Made by a program: the position numbers and the translations under genes. 64,000 bases of DNA from Eledone cirrhosa (lineage: Eukaryota). Shown piece after piece: positions 1 to 10,882 of this stretch. The notes under the pieces were generated by a model, which was not told where the DNA came from, did not search any database, and worked only from the letters and a program-made list of their open reading frames with translations. Position 1 is the first letter of the stretch. Every line of letters begins with the position of its first letter. Location of the stretch: NCBI GenBank assembly GCA_964016885.1, contig OZ024743.1:282348001-282412000 (forward strand). Direction: 5' to 3'.

Positions 1-1192
1 TGTACCACAGGGATCTGTTCTTGGTCCTCTTTTGTTTGTGGCATATATTAATGACATAGATGCCAACTTACAGAATACCACGGTACTAAAATATGCAGAT
101 GACATCAAGCTGTACCTTGAAATCAAAAGGACTGATCCTGAAATTTACAACTCTTTCCTACAATCAGACCTGGACACAATGCAGCAATGGATCACAGACT
201 GGCAACTGAAGTTAGCTGTGGACAAGTGTACCACCATGCATTTTGGAAGGAAAAATCCAGCGTCCACATACTCCCTCCACAACACTGATATCAAAAAGTC
301 CTCTTGTGAATGTGACCTGGGCATTACTGTCAGCAACGATTTGCGTTGGACAAAGCATGTCTCTAAGATTGTCAAAAAGGCCGAGGGTGTCTTGGCATCA
401 CTCAGCAAGACCTTTGTTAGCCGCTCTCCAGCCATCTATTTAAAACTGTATACAGCTATGGTACGACCACACTTGGAATTCGCATCATCAGTCTGGAACC
501 CCTATCTTGCTCAGAACATTGACTTCCTGGAAACTGTTCAGAGACGTGCAACCAAGCGCATACCCTCCATCAGACACCTACCATACTCAGAACGCCTTGC
601 TTCCCTGGGCATGGATTCATTGAAGCTCCGACGTCTGGCAATGGACTTGGTGAATACCCACAAAGTTTTTAACCATCTCGCCAATTGCAACCCTGAGCGC
701 CTCTTTGATCTCCATGTGTCTAACACACGTGGACATGCCTACAAGATCAGAAAACAGCACAGCTCCCATGACTTTCGTAGACATTTTTTCACGCTCAGAG
801 TTGCTGAAGCATGGAACAAACTGCCTGCGTCAATTGTTAGCTGCCGAGACACTGCATCCTTTAAGACACTCATGCTTCCCGAAATACGCCAAAACTACAC
901 CTGATGTACCCCTTCCATACACATGCACACATGTGTGTATCATGACTCGTGCACTGTTCATTTTGCTGATGTTTGTGCAATGCCCTATGTACTGTACATG
1001 CACTTTTTTTTTTTAGTTTTTTTTTTTGAGTTGTGGTGCACCTGGGCACTGTACACAATATTTCATTATTGTTATTATTATTATATCATGACTCATACAC
1101 TGTTCATTTTCCTGACATTTGTACATTATTCTATGTACTATACATGCACCTTTGATGAGTTGTAGTGCACCTGAGCACTGTACACAATAATT

Positions 1193-1231
<39 letters not shown>
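1..1231 (+). mobile_element. CR1/L2-group non-LTR retrotransposon, 3' part (RT C-terminus, duplicated 3' UTR, (ATT)n tail)
   Basis: RT motifs VPQGSVLGPLLF, YADD, DLGI, MVRPHLEFASSVWNP, FFTLRVAEAWNKLP; ends in (ATT)n at ~1195-1231. Confidence 0.9.
2..904 (+). CDS. CR1-type reverse transcriptase ORF2, C-terminal part, uninterrupted and open at the window edge
   Basis: Frame is open from base 2 (GTA CCA CAG GGA = VPQG) to the stop at 904; YADD motif present. Confidence 0.8.
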   Translation, partial: VPQGSVLGPLLFVAYINDIDANLQNTTVLKYADDIKLYLEIKRTDPEIYNSFLQSDLDTMQQWITDWQLKLAVDKCTTMHFGRKNPASTYSLHNTDIKKSSCECDLGITVSNDLRWTKHVSKIVKKAEGVLASLSKTFVSRSPAIYLKLYTAMVRPHLEFASSVWNPYLAQNIDFLETVQRRATKRIPSIRHLPYSERLASLGMDSLKLRRLAMDLVNTHKVFNHLANCNPERLFDLHVSNTRGHAYKIRKQHSSHDFRRHFFTLRVAEAWNKLPASIVSCRDTASFKTLMLPEIRQNYT

Positions 1232-1234
<3 letters not shown>

Positions 1235-1727
1235 TTGTACACTCAGAATTATACATCTCTATATCAATTATGATCTGCCAGTTAAAGAGAAGCATATAAA
1301 ACCTTATAAAACAAAATGAAAAGCTAGCTGAGAATCAACAGGCAATAGAAAAAAGAAAAAAAGATTGCAGTAATATGAGTTTATGATGAAAAATAGATGA
1401 AATGAGCTGGTTAGTGGATATCTAAAAACACTAGCTCTATGAACAATGAACATAATGAAGAAGATGAAAATTTGCTTTTTATACCATACAGAATGAGGAC
1501 TTCATGATTTCTAAACTAATGGCTTAGATGAATTCTAATCTTAAACTGATTATCTAGGAGGATTGGAGATAATCTAATATCTCACTTTCCATTTGACCTT
1601 AATCGGGAACATATATTCACAGAGTGCCCCTAATACCTATTTTTAAATACTCTTTATATCTGCTTCACCCTCTTACCTTATTTCCAAACATAGTATACAG
1701 TTGAACATAATTAATTTTTATTGGCAT

Positions 1728-1772
<45 letters not shown>

Positions 1773-1909
1773 CATAGACCACTTCTCTTACTATCCATCA
1801 CCCTTTCTATATTTTATATACCAGCAAACATGCAGCTCCATTACTGTCTCATTTCAGTTACTTCCATCTCTAGCATTAATGTCTCTCTTCCATTATCTCC
1901 TCCACTAAG

Positions 1910-2328
1910 ATGGTGGATTGGCAATATCAGAAGAACATCAAACAAAATGCTTTGTGGTATTTATGAGGGTAAGCTGAAACGTTCATAGGCTGACTGTAAA
2001 GGGGAGATGCTAGAGCTATGAAATCTTTCATGAATTAATTTCAATTTTTTTAAAATTAATAACTGCATTGTTTCTTTCCAGGGACTATGAAAAATAAACC
2101 TCCTTTGGTCATTTCATGAGAGTATCTTTGTCAACCTATGAATTTTTCAGCCAGCCCTCATAGTTATGACTATTTACATTCCAAGTTTAAATTCTGCCGA
2201 GGCCAGCTTTGCCATTCGTCATTTCAGGGTAATTAAAATAAAAGTAGAAGTTAAGTAGTGAAGTCAATAAATCGACCTGCTCCTTCCCCCAAATTGCTGG
2301 CCTTGTGCTAATGCTTGAAAGAATTATT
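1910..2328 (+). mobile_element. tRNA-derived SINE family 2, interrupted by a mariner-type MITE
   Basis: Similar to the copy at 59050-59271 (ggattggca head, tttgcc-tttcatcc-ggg-ataaaataa core, aaattgctggccttgtgc tail). Confidence 0.65.
1962..2162. mobile_element. Tc1/mariner-type MITE
   Basis: ~30-bp TIRs TAtgagggtaagctgaaacgttcataggctgac / gtcaacctatgaatttttcagccagccctcaTA; TA flanks; second copy at 16720-16921. Confidence 0.8.
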
Positions 2329-3379
2329 TCTTTCACTATCACCCTTCTGCTCCAATCACGCTGTCTCTTCTTTTACTTTGTTGTTCTGGTTTTTCTCTTC
2401 TTGCTCTTTCTCCCTCTCTTTTCTATTTACCATCTTGGACAAGTTGTCTTTGATGAATAGAGAATTCTTTAGTCTCATGGGGTACAAAGTAGCCTTACTG
2501 CTACTCAATACACTCTGTAAAGCAATTGGTGAATGAAAGAAGACAATGTAGGATTGAATTAACCTTTTAGTCTTGCTGAGGGCACAACAACCTCTCCAGC
2601 ATTTGTGACATGATAAAATGTGCCCTGCACATTCTGTAAGTGTCTACTGAATGAATTTTATCTTGGTTGCCAAAATTGGAATGTAGAAATGAGGCATGGT
2701 CCTCCCACCATGTAGGAGAACAGTAACTCCAAATAAGAACTGACTTGGCCCATGACAAATAGTTTGATCAATACCACTATGGAAAGAAAATGTAAAATGA
2801 TGATTGTAAAAGTAGAAAAATGATAACTGGGAATACACAAGTGTTTATTCTTAGGTTAGCTAAATATCAATAATTTTACAAAATAAGACTGGGAAGAAAT
2901 ACAATTCATTGAAGAAAAGAAAGAAATATATGTAAAGTTGGCTTGTTTATGATCAAACAAGAATACTAAAAGGGTTTAACTTTATGAAGAGCACCCAGCA
3001 ATATAATATTACCTTAAAAAATACCTTCCAACCCATACCAACATAGAAAAGTAGACATACAAATGGCAGGAGGTTGGATTTGAACTCAAAACACACAGAA
3101 CCAGAACAGATACTGCAATGCTCTAATGATTCTGCCAATTTGCCTACTTTATGAGGCATATCGTCTGATGCTCAACCCATTCCATCAATCCACTGCATTG
3201 ATGTTCAAGTGTGTTTACATGATAAGATATAAACAGTTGATAACTTCCATTGACAAGGAATAACTGTGCATTTGCTAGTAATAAGCATTTTAAGAACTGT
3301 AGATAAAACAATACATATACACCTACACATAATCCCTTATATGGATAACCATGGCCACATTACTAATAGGAGTTAGAAT

Positions 3380-4092
3380 AACACACACAGACACACAGAT
3401 AGACAGACATACACATGCACATGATCGGGCACCACACCCACGCACTCGCATGTACATGTGCATGCATGCTCATGTACCTCCCATCACACACATACGAATG
3501 CGTAAAGACATTAAATTGCACACACTCATATATACACATATATATACACATATACATACACATATACATACACAATCACACATATGTGTATGGGGGATTA
3601 CACACATTCACAAACATATGCATACATGTTCACAAACATACACATGCAAACACATACAAAAACAAATATGTGCACAAAATCCACACACACTCAAACATAC
3701 ATATAGAATCACACATACACAATTCCACATATACACACAAATATACATCTACATAATCACACATACACAAACTCACATACACAATCCTGCATACATACAC
3801 AATCCCATATACATATATACAATCACACATACACAAACATACATATACACAATCACACAGACACAATCCTGCATACACAATCCCACATACATACATATAT
3901 ACAATCACACATACACAATCCCACATACATACACAAACATACATATACACAATCACACAGACACAAACCTGCATACACAATCCCATTTACACACACAAAC
4001 AAATGTATACACAATCACACACACACAATCCAGCATACACAATCCCACATACACAAACATACACATGCAAAAATACATACACATTCACACAT
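3380..4092. repeat. CA/TA-rich compound microsatellite with CATACACAATC-type subunits
   Basis: Visible low-complexity repeat; explains the spurious H/T/I/Y-rich ORFs. Confidence 0.9.
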
Positions 4093-4109
4093 GTCTGTGT
4101 GTGTTGGAC

Positions 4110-4630
4110 CTCCATTGGTTCTAACAATGAGTGTTCCAATGGAGTAATGAACAGAATAGCTTGCTCATGAAATTAATGTGCAAATGGCTGTGCATTCCAC
4201 AGATACATGTACTCTTAACCCTTTAGCATTTAAACCAGCTGTATCTGGCCAGAATCCGCTCACCTCTTTCTGTTCAAACTGACTGTAACTGGCTGTTCAT
4301 ACTGATGTTAAGGTATTGTTTTCAAAATAAATAATATCAAAATTTCATAGATTCGATATTATGTGAGATAATTATGTGAGGTAAAGTCTTTACTGTGAAA
4401 ATATAGCAGTATATATAGAGTAATGTAAATGCTAAAGGGTTAACATAATTTTCAGGGTGTTTCAGGGTGTTATTAGGCTGATTCCTTTGAATTACAGTCA
4501 CATTTTATCCACATGAGTTGATTAGAGCAAAGTAAAGTGCCTTGTTCAAGGACACAGTGTGCCACTAAGAATCGAACTAACAACTTTACAATCATGAGTG
4601 GAACACTCTGACCAGTAAGCCACAAGCCTT
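4110..4630 (-). mobile_element. tRNA-derived SINE family 3, interrupted by a piggyBac MITE
   Basis: Head with A/B-box-like motifs at ~4530-4628; body matches 55858-56030 across the TTAA insertion site. Confidence 0.55.
4215..4443 (+). mobile_element. piggyBac-type MITE family 1
   Basis: TTAA|CCCTTTAGCATTT...AAATGCTAAAGGG|TTAA; several copies in the window. Confidence 0.85.
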
Positions 4631-5036
4631 CACTATATATACAATCACACATACATGGATGTAGAAGTGGGGGATTAAATTGCATGAAAAAACTCAGTCA
4701 GGTGTAATGGCAGTGGTAACAAGTTTGGGAGTGTTGGTGGTGGTGGTGGTGGTGGATTTGGTGGTGGTGTAGGTGGCGGTTGTTAGTACTATACATAAAT
4801 ACTAGTAGTCAGCTACTAGAGAGATTTCTTGGTACATTAATTAGGTAGCAACATATGAAGTAACAAATTATAACAGTTTTATAAAAGGACTATGTCAGGG
4901 GTAAAGGATCTTTCTCTATTCTTTTAATTAAGTAGAGCTGAAAATATGACTGAGGTTACTGAAGACGTCATTTTGTTTTATTATTTTTTTTAAGCATCAG
5001 ATGTTGATATATTTAAACACACATATACATAGATGC

Positions 5037-5078
<42 letters not shown>

Positions 5079-5167
5079 ACATGTACATATACATGTACAT
5101 ATAGAACCTTCCTGTATCTTGCTCGCTAACTTTGCGAACATTTTGCTCCTTCTCTCGGCCCCCGTCT

Positions 5168-5506
5168 GATCATCATCATCATCATTTCATTTTACGTCCG
5201 ATTTTCCCTGCTTGCAAGGGTGGGACGGGAACTGATTCTGGCATGATTTCTACAGCTGATGCCCTTCCTAACACCAACCTCATTTACAGTGAGTGATGGG
5301 TGCTTTTTTTCCGTGGCGCCTACACGTCCACTTTACAGTGGATTGATAGGGACCCCAGTCCCTATCATCTCATTTCTACAGCTGAGTAAACTGGAGCAAT
5401 GTGAAATAAAGTGTCTTGCTCAGGGAAACAACACATCAGCCGGTGTGAGAATTGAACTCACAACCTTTCGATTGCAAGGCCAATGCTCTAACTACTAAGC
5501 CATGTG
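5168..5506 (-). mobile_element. tRNA-derived CORE-like SINE family 1 with RTE family-B tail
   Basis: Head tggcttagtagttagagc...gagttcaattc; CORE-like ccctgagcaagacactt...cagtttactcagctgtagaaatg; tail cccacccttgcaagcagggg...gatgatgat. Confidence 0.8.
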
Positions 5507-5976
5507 ATCGCAAGTATAAAATAAACCTTGCTGGGTTCTCAAGGACAGAATTTATCTATCTATCTAATGTCCCTTACGGAAGATATGTCGATTTTGAGAA
5601 TGTAAGCAAAACAATTCTTTCCTTTTACCCGTAGTTGACTCAATAAGCAGTGTTTTAAACTTCTGTTTATGCCAGTCTAGAATTCAAATTCTCCGTTTTT
5701 CTCTCGGATTTTCAATTAATATTTTAGATGTTTTTAATGTCTCATTCTGTTGGACACTTCCTAAAAACTAACCTTCTCCTAAAGTTACCCATTTCCCGCC
5801 CTCCCACCCCCACACATTCACACACCACCATTGCTATATGGTCCAACCATAACTCAGTGACTTATAGTAAGTTCTCTAATAAATCAGTATAGCAAAGCTA
5901 CCACCTCCGTTACTACTCCTTAAGTTTAGACCTGTTTGATGGGTGGACTGCAGAATTTAGAAAGTCTAAGCTCTCA

Positions 5977-8900
5977 ATGACAATGTCACAGATAAAGATA
6001 AATTCACCTCCCACTGCAGGACGAGAATGCAAAGACCCCTCTTTATTTCAGACACGGATGACCAACATAATTCCCCCCCCCCCCCATCCATCCCACCCTC
6101 CCAAATTCAGAGTTGGTACCATGAACGTAGGCACATTGAAAGGTCGCTCAAATGAGGTTGTAGAGATGCTTGAGCGTAAAGAAGTTGATGTTTGTTGTAT
6201 TCAAGAGACTAGGTGGAGAGGTGGGTCTGCCAGATTCATCGTGGGTAAAAAACGATGCTATAAACTTTTCTGGGTGGGAAATGACAACAGACTGGGTGGT
6301 GTAGGAATTATGTTAGCTGAAAAATGGGTAGATAAGGTAATTGACGTAAATAGAGTGAATGACAGGATAATTAAAATAAGACTAGTTCTAAATAGAACTA
6401 CTGTGACAATAATATCTCCTTATGCACCCCAATCTGGTCTACCTGACATTATAAAGGACAGGTTCTATGAGACGCTAATGCACGCTACCGCCCAAATAAC
6501 AGCGATTACTTAATTATTGGTGGCGACCTAAAAGGTGATGCTGGACAACATAGTGATGGCTATGATGGAATCCATGGATGATATGGGGTTGGAAATAGAA
6601 ATGAGGAGGGCTTTAGAATCCTGGAATTCTGTGACGCCAATAACCTAACTATCTGTAACACAAACTTTAAAAAAACGAGAAAACCACTTGGTCACTTATA
6701 GATCAGGGGAACACGCCAGCCAGATAGATTATATCCTTACTAGAAGACAGGACAAAATGTCTGTTGTAAACACTAAATCCCTCCCCTGTGAAGAATACAT
6801 CTCCCAACATAGACTAGTAGTTAGTGACCTCACAGTCAGGAATAGACGTACTCGATGACAGAGGAGGCCTACCTTGAGGAGAAGAATATGGAAGTTGAAG
6901 GACCCCATAGCCAGTGACAAATTTAAAAGCTTATTACTTGATGCCTTTGACAATAAGGAAAAGCAATTAGAGACGTGCAATATAGAGGAACAGTGGGAAT
7001 TCTTGAAAGTGAACCTGCTGAAAGCAACGGATGAAATCTGTGGTTGGAGCAGACCTATTGGCAGGAGGAGAGTAACTTGGTAGTGGAACAGTAAGGTGGA
7101 GGAGACAATCAAGGCCAAAAAGCAGGCTTGGAAAGTATGGCAGGATGGGGGAAGTAGAGAGCACTATCAAGTGGCCAGGAGAGAAGCTATGAGACAAGTG
7201 TAACTTGCAAAAAGGGAAACAGAGGATAGAAAGTTCAAGGGACCAAAAACGTGAGGTGTTCAGGATTGCTAGACAACGTGTCAAGGAAAACCGTGATATT
7301 GTCGAGGGGAAGTGTGTCTGCAATGATAATGGTGTACTTGCCCTCACTGATACTGATAAGAAGATAGCTTGGAAGTGACACTATGAGAGACTATTAAATG
7401 AGGAGAATAAATGGGAAAAAGATAGTCTGCTCCAAATCAATTCAATAGAAGGACCAGAGGTGCAAGTTAAAGGTAGTATAATAAGTAAGGTAATCAAAGA
7501 TATGAAGACAGGCAAGGCAGCTGGGCCTTTGGAGATAGTTGCTGAGATGTTGAAGGCATCTGGAATGGTGGGACATACTATGGTCACCCGTATAGTTAAC
7601 CAAGTAATACAGAATGGGGTCATACCAAAAGACTGGCGTAGCAGCATCATCATTAACTGCTACAAGGGTAAACTATAGAGGCATTAAGTTAGTTGACCAG
7701 GTCATGAAGGTCACAGAAAGAGTTATAGCACAACTAATCAGAGAGCGAATTGATCTAGATGAAATGCAGTTTGGGTTTGTGTCAGGTAAAAGTACCACAG
7801 ATGCTCTTTTCCTTGTATGACAACTACAGGAGAAGTACCTAGCTAAAAGTAAACCCCTCTACTTAGCTTTTGTAGACCTGGAGAAAGCCTTTGACAGAGT
7901 CCCCCGCTCCATTATCTGGTGGGCTCTTAGAAAACTAGGTGTAGATGAATGGCTTGTGAGAGCTATACAAGCTATGTATAAAGAAACAGTCAGTAAGGTT
8001 AGAATTAACAATGAATATTGTGAAGAATTTAGTGTAAAAGTTGGTGTTCATCAAGGCTCTGTCCTAAGCACCCTCCTATTTATTATTGCCCTTCAGGCTA
8101 TAACAGAGGAGTTCAAGACCGGCTGCCCATGGGAACTCCTATACGCAGATGATCTAACTCTCATAGCTGAATCTATGGCTGAACTAGAGAAGAAATTCCA
8201 AACATGGAAGCATGACCTAGAATCAAAAGGCCTTAAAGTTAACTTGTCTAAGACTAAAGTTCTAGTTTGTAGAAAGGAAAATAGGGCACAGGTGCCCTCA
8301 GGGAAATGGCCATGCACAGTGTGTAGAAAAGGAGTAGGCAGAAATTCCAATTTATGTCCCAAATCCAAATTATGGGTACATAAATAATATAGTGGAATCA
8401 CACGTAAACTATCTAAGAACGTAGACTTTATATGTGGCCGGTGCTCTGGTGCAATAAGTAGCAGCAAGTGCCCACAGAATACTAGCTCATTCCATTGCAC
8501 AGATGGTTCTATAGAAATAGTGGACACCTTCCGTTACCTGGGTGATGAAATCAGCAGTGGTGGAGGGTGTTCTGAAAGTACAGTAGCCAGAGTCAGAACG
8601 GGATGGAAAAAGTTCAGAGAGCTTATACCACTGTTGGCCACAAAAGGTTTCTCTCTAAATATGAAAGGCAGATTGTATGATGCCTGTATACGAACAGCAA
8701 TGCTACATGGCAGTGAGACATGGGCATTACGTGCAGAGGACCTGCGCAGACTGGAAAGGAACGAAACTTGCATGCTCCATTGACTGTGTAATAGTAATAT
8801 ACATGAACGGCAAAGCATAAATGAACTAAGTGAGAAATTAGGAATAAGAGGGATCAGATGCTGTTTACTTAAGAGAAGACTACGTTGGTATGGCCACGTG

Positions 8901-9508
8901 ATGCGCATGAAAGACGACAGCTGTATAAAAAGGTGCAGGCCGATCAAAATTGATGGTAGTTACGGAGTAGGTAGACCCAGAAAAACCTGGGACGATCTGA
9001 TAAATTCCGACCTTACACACTTGCACTTCTCTAAGACAGTGTCACTAGACCAAGATCTTTGGCGTTACGCAGTAATACAGAAGACCCGCCTTGCCTATGT
9101 ACAAAGCGAAACCTACAGTCAGTAGGCACCTCTTAACCAAATATACACCCCAATCCACTACCCCTACCCTATCCTCCCACTCCCACCAACACCACCCTCT
9201 CTTTGTAAAGTTGGTACTACAACATCCAGTCCAAATAAATGAGATCGAGATCGTGTAGGTGTCACGGCAAAAAACACACAGGCCACGCTGTAATGTGGCC
9301 GTATCGGTAACATGCTAAAAAGTTCCCAGTTCCACACTGTAAATGTGGTTGGTGTTAGGAAGGGCATCCAGCCATAGAAAACCTGCCAGATAGTCCTATA
9401 TGAGCGAGACACGGTCACCCGACCAACCTTGCCTCAAGTGGGACAACTCCCGTCTAATCCATGCTAGCGTGGAAGATGGACATTAAACGAAGATGATGAT
9501 GATGATGA
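5977..9508 (+). mobile_element. RTE-clade LINE family A, near full length but degenerate (APE endonuclease, RT with internal PHD-type finger, 3' UTR, (GAT)n tail)
   Basis: GTMNVGTL, CIQETRW, QIDYIL (APE); QFGF, DLEKAFD, GVHQGSVLS, LYADD, FRYLG, RRLRWYGHV, GRPRKTW; multiple stops and frameshifts; the 5' UTR may extend to ~5510. Confidence 0.93.
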
Positions 9509-9789
9509 TATACATGTACATATACATCTATATATACATGTATATACACATATATACATACATGTACATATACATGTATGTATATATGCATATGTACATG
9601 TACATATACATGTGCATATATAATGTACATAATAGAAATGTCACTAAAATAGCACCATGTTCTGCTCCCTGTCTCACATTTACAGATCTTTCCTTGACAC
9701 TGATTCTTTAATCTTCCAATGAGATACTTACCTATTTAAATACATACTAGGTCTAAAATATAAGTATTCTTCATCATGCTTGTATAATT

Positions 9790-9985
9790 AGTGGATTGGC
9801 AGAATCGGTAAAGCATTGGACAACATGCTTAGCGACACAGAATTATGGCCCTTTACTTTCTGAGGTTAGTTTTGCCTTTCATCCTTACAGGGTTGATAAA
9901 ATAAAGTACCAGTAATACACTGGGGTTGATTTAATCAGCTTTACTTTTCCCCCAAAATTGTTGGCCTACATCAGAAGCTATTATT
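9790..9985 (+). mobile_element. SINE family 2
   Basis: gtggattggcagaatcgg...tttgcctttcatccttacagggttgataaaataaagtaccag. Confidence 0.7.
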
Positions 9986-10224
9986 ATTTATTACATTTTG
10001 TATCCCCTAATTATGTATTTAATGAAATTTGTGCTGAAACAATTGTAAAGATTAAATGATTTAAGAACTTTTATCTGGCATATTAATTTGTTTTACATAT
10101 ATGACCACTAAACAACAATCCGGCAATTAAATTAACTGACTGGGAAATTATAATAAATTGAAGTGAAACCCAACAGGTGTGTGTGTTTTTTATTGGCAGC
10201 ATGGCCCTTACAAAGTATAACAAT

Positions 10225-10443
10225 GGTGGTCATGTAGGTGTCACAACAAAAAGCACCTAGTACTCACTGTAAATATGGTTGGTGTTAGGAAGGGCATCCA
10301 GCTGTAGAAACCAAGCCAAAATAAGTTGTGTATGAACAAGACATAGTCTCCTGACCTGGCCTATCTCACAATAGAACAATTCGTCTAACCCATGCTAGAA
10401 TGGAAAATGGATATTAAACGGTGATGATGATGATGATGATGAT
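10225..10443 (+). mobile_element. Shared SINE-1/RTE-A 3' module, 5'-truncated
   Basis: cactgtaaatatggttggtgttaggaagggcatccagc...aacccatgctagaatggaaaatggatattaaacg(GAT)n. Confidence 0.7.
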
Positions 10444-10444
10444 G

Positions 10445-10880
10445 GGCGAAGACCAAGTTGATGCATGTTGGCATTGGATGGATCTTCCCCCGCTTCATAT
10501 TGGCACCAACGTTGTGGAGTTTTCAGCTCCTTCATTTACCTGGGCTCGACAGTCACCAACAATGGAGACTTGACCCTGGAAATCAACCACAGATATGGTC
10601 TGGCTGGCGGGATCATGCTCTTCCTATGGAAGCCCCTTTGGTACCACTGTTCTTTCTCCTGGAAAGCTACAGACTGGCAGAGGCCCTGTGGTAGGCCCTA
10701 CACCAGTTGACTGGATGTGATCAAGGAAGATCTCCAGAGGCTCGACGTCACCTTGCCTTGAAGGATGCAGAGGGGCCGGCAATGATGGAAAGCACTGGTG
10801 GGCTTAGTCAGCTCTATGCATGATGATGCCTCTAAGATTACTGATGTAGGATGACCCCAGTCTCATCGAGCAAATGCAAG
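10445..10880 (+). mobile_element. RTE fragment of a different family, with no PHD insert
   Basis: AKTKLMH...SSFIYLGSTVTNNGD..EINHR; GRPYTS; only a short spacer between KTK and YLG. Confidence 0.65.
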
Positions 10881-10882
10881 AA

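Noticed and set aside
3150-3300. ~50-codon open frame after a minus-strand acceptor-like site
   Set aside because: No recognisable homology and no clear donor; it runs into a SINE head.
3351-4124. 257-aa His/Thr-rich ORF and overlapping ORFs
   Set aside because: Product of a CA/TA microsatellite.
9721-9760. Minus-strand 21-bp microexon (TTTTAG...AG|GTAAGT)
   Set aside because: Splice-like signals can arise by chance in AT-rich DNA, and there is no supporting frame.
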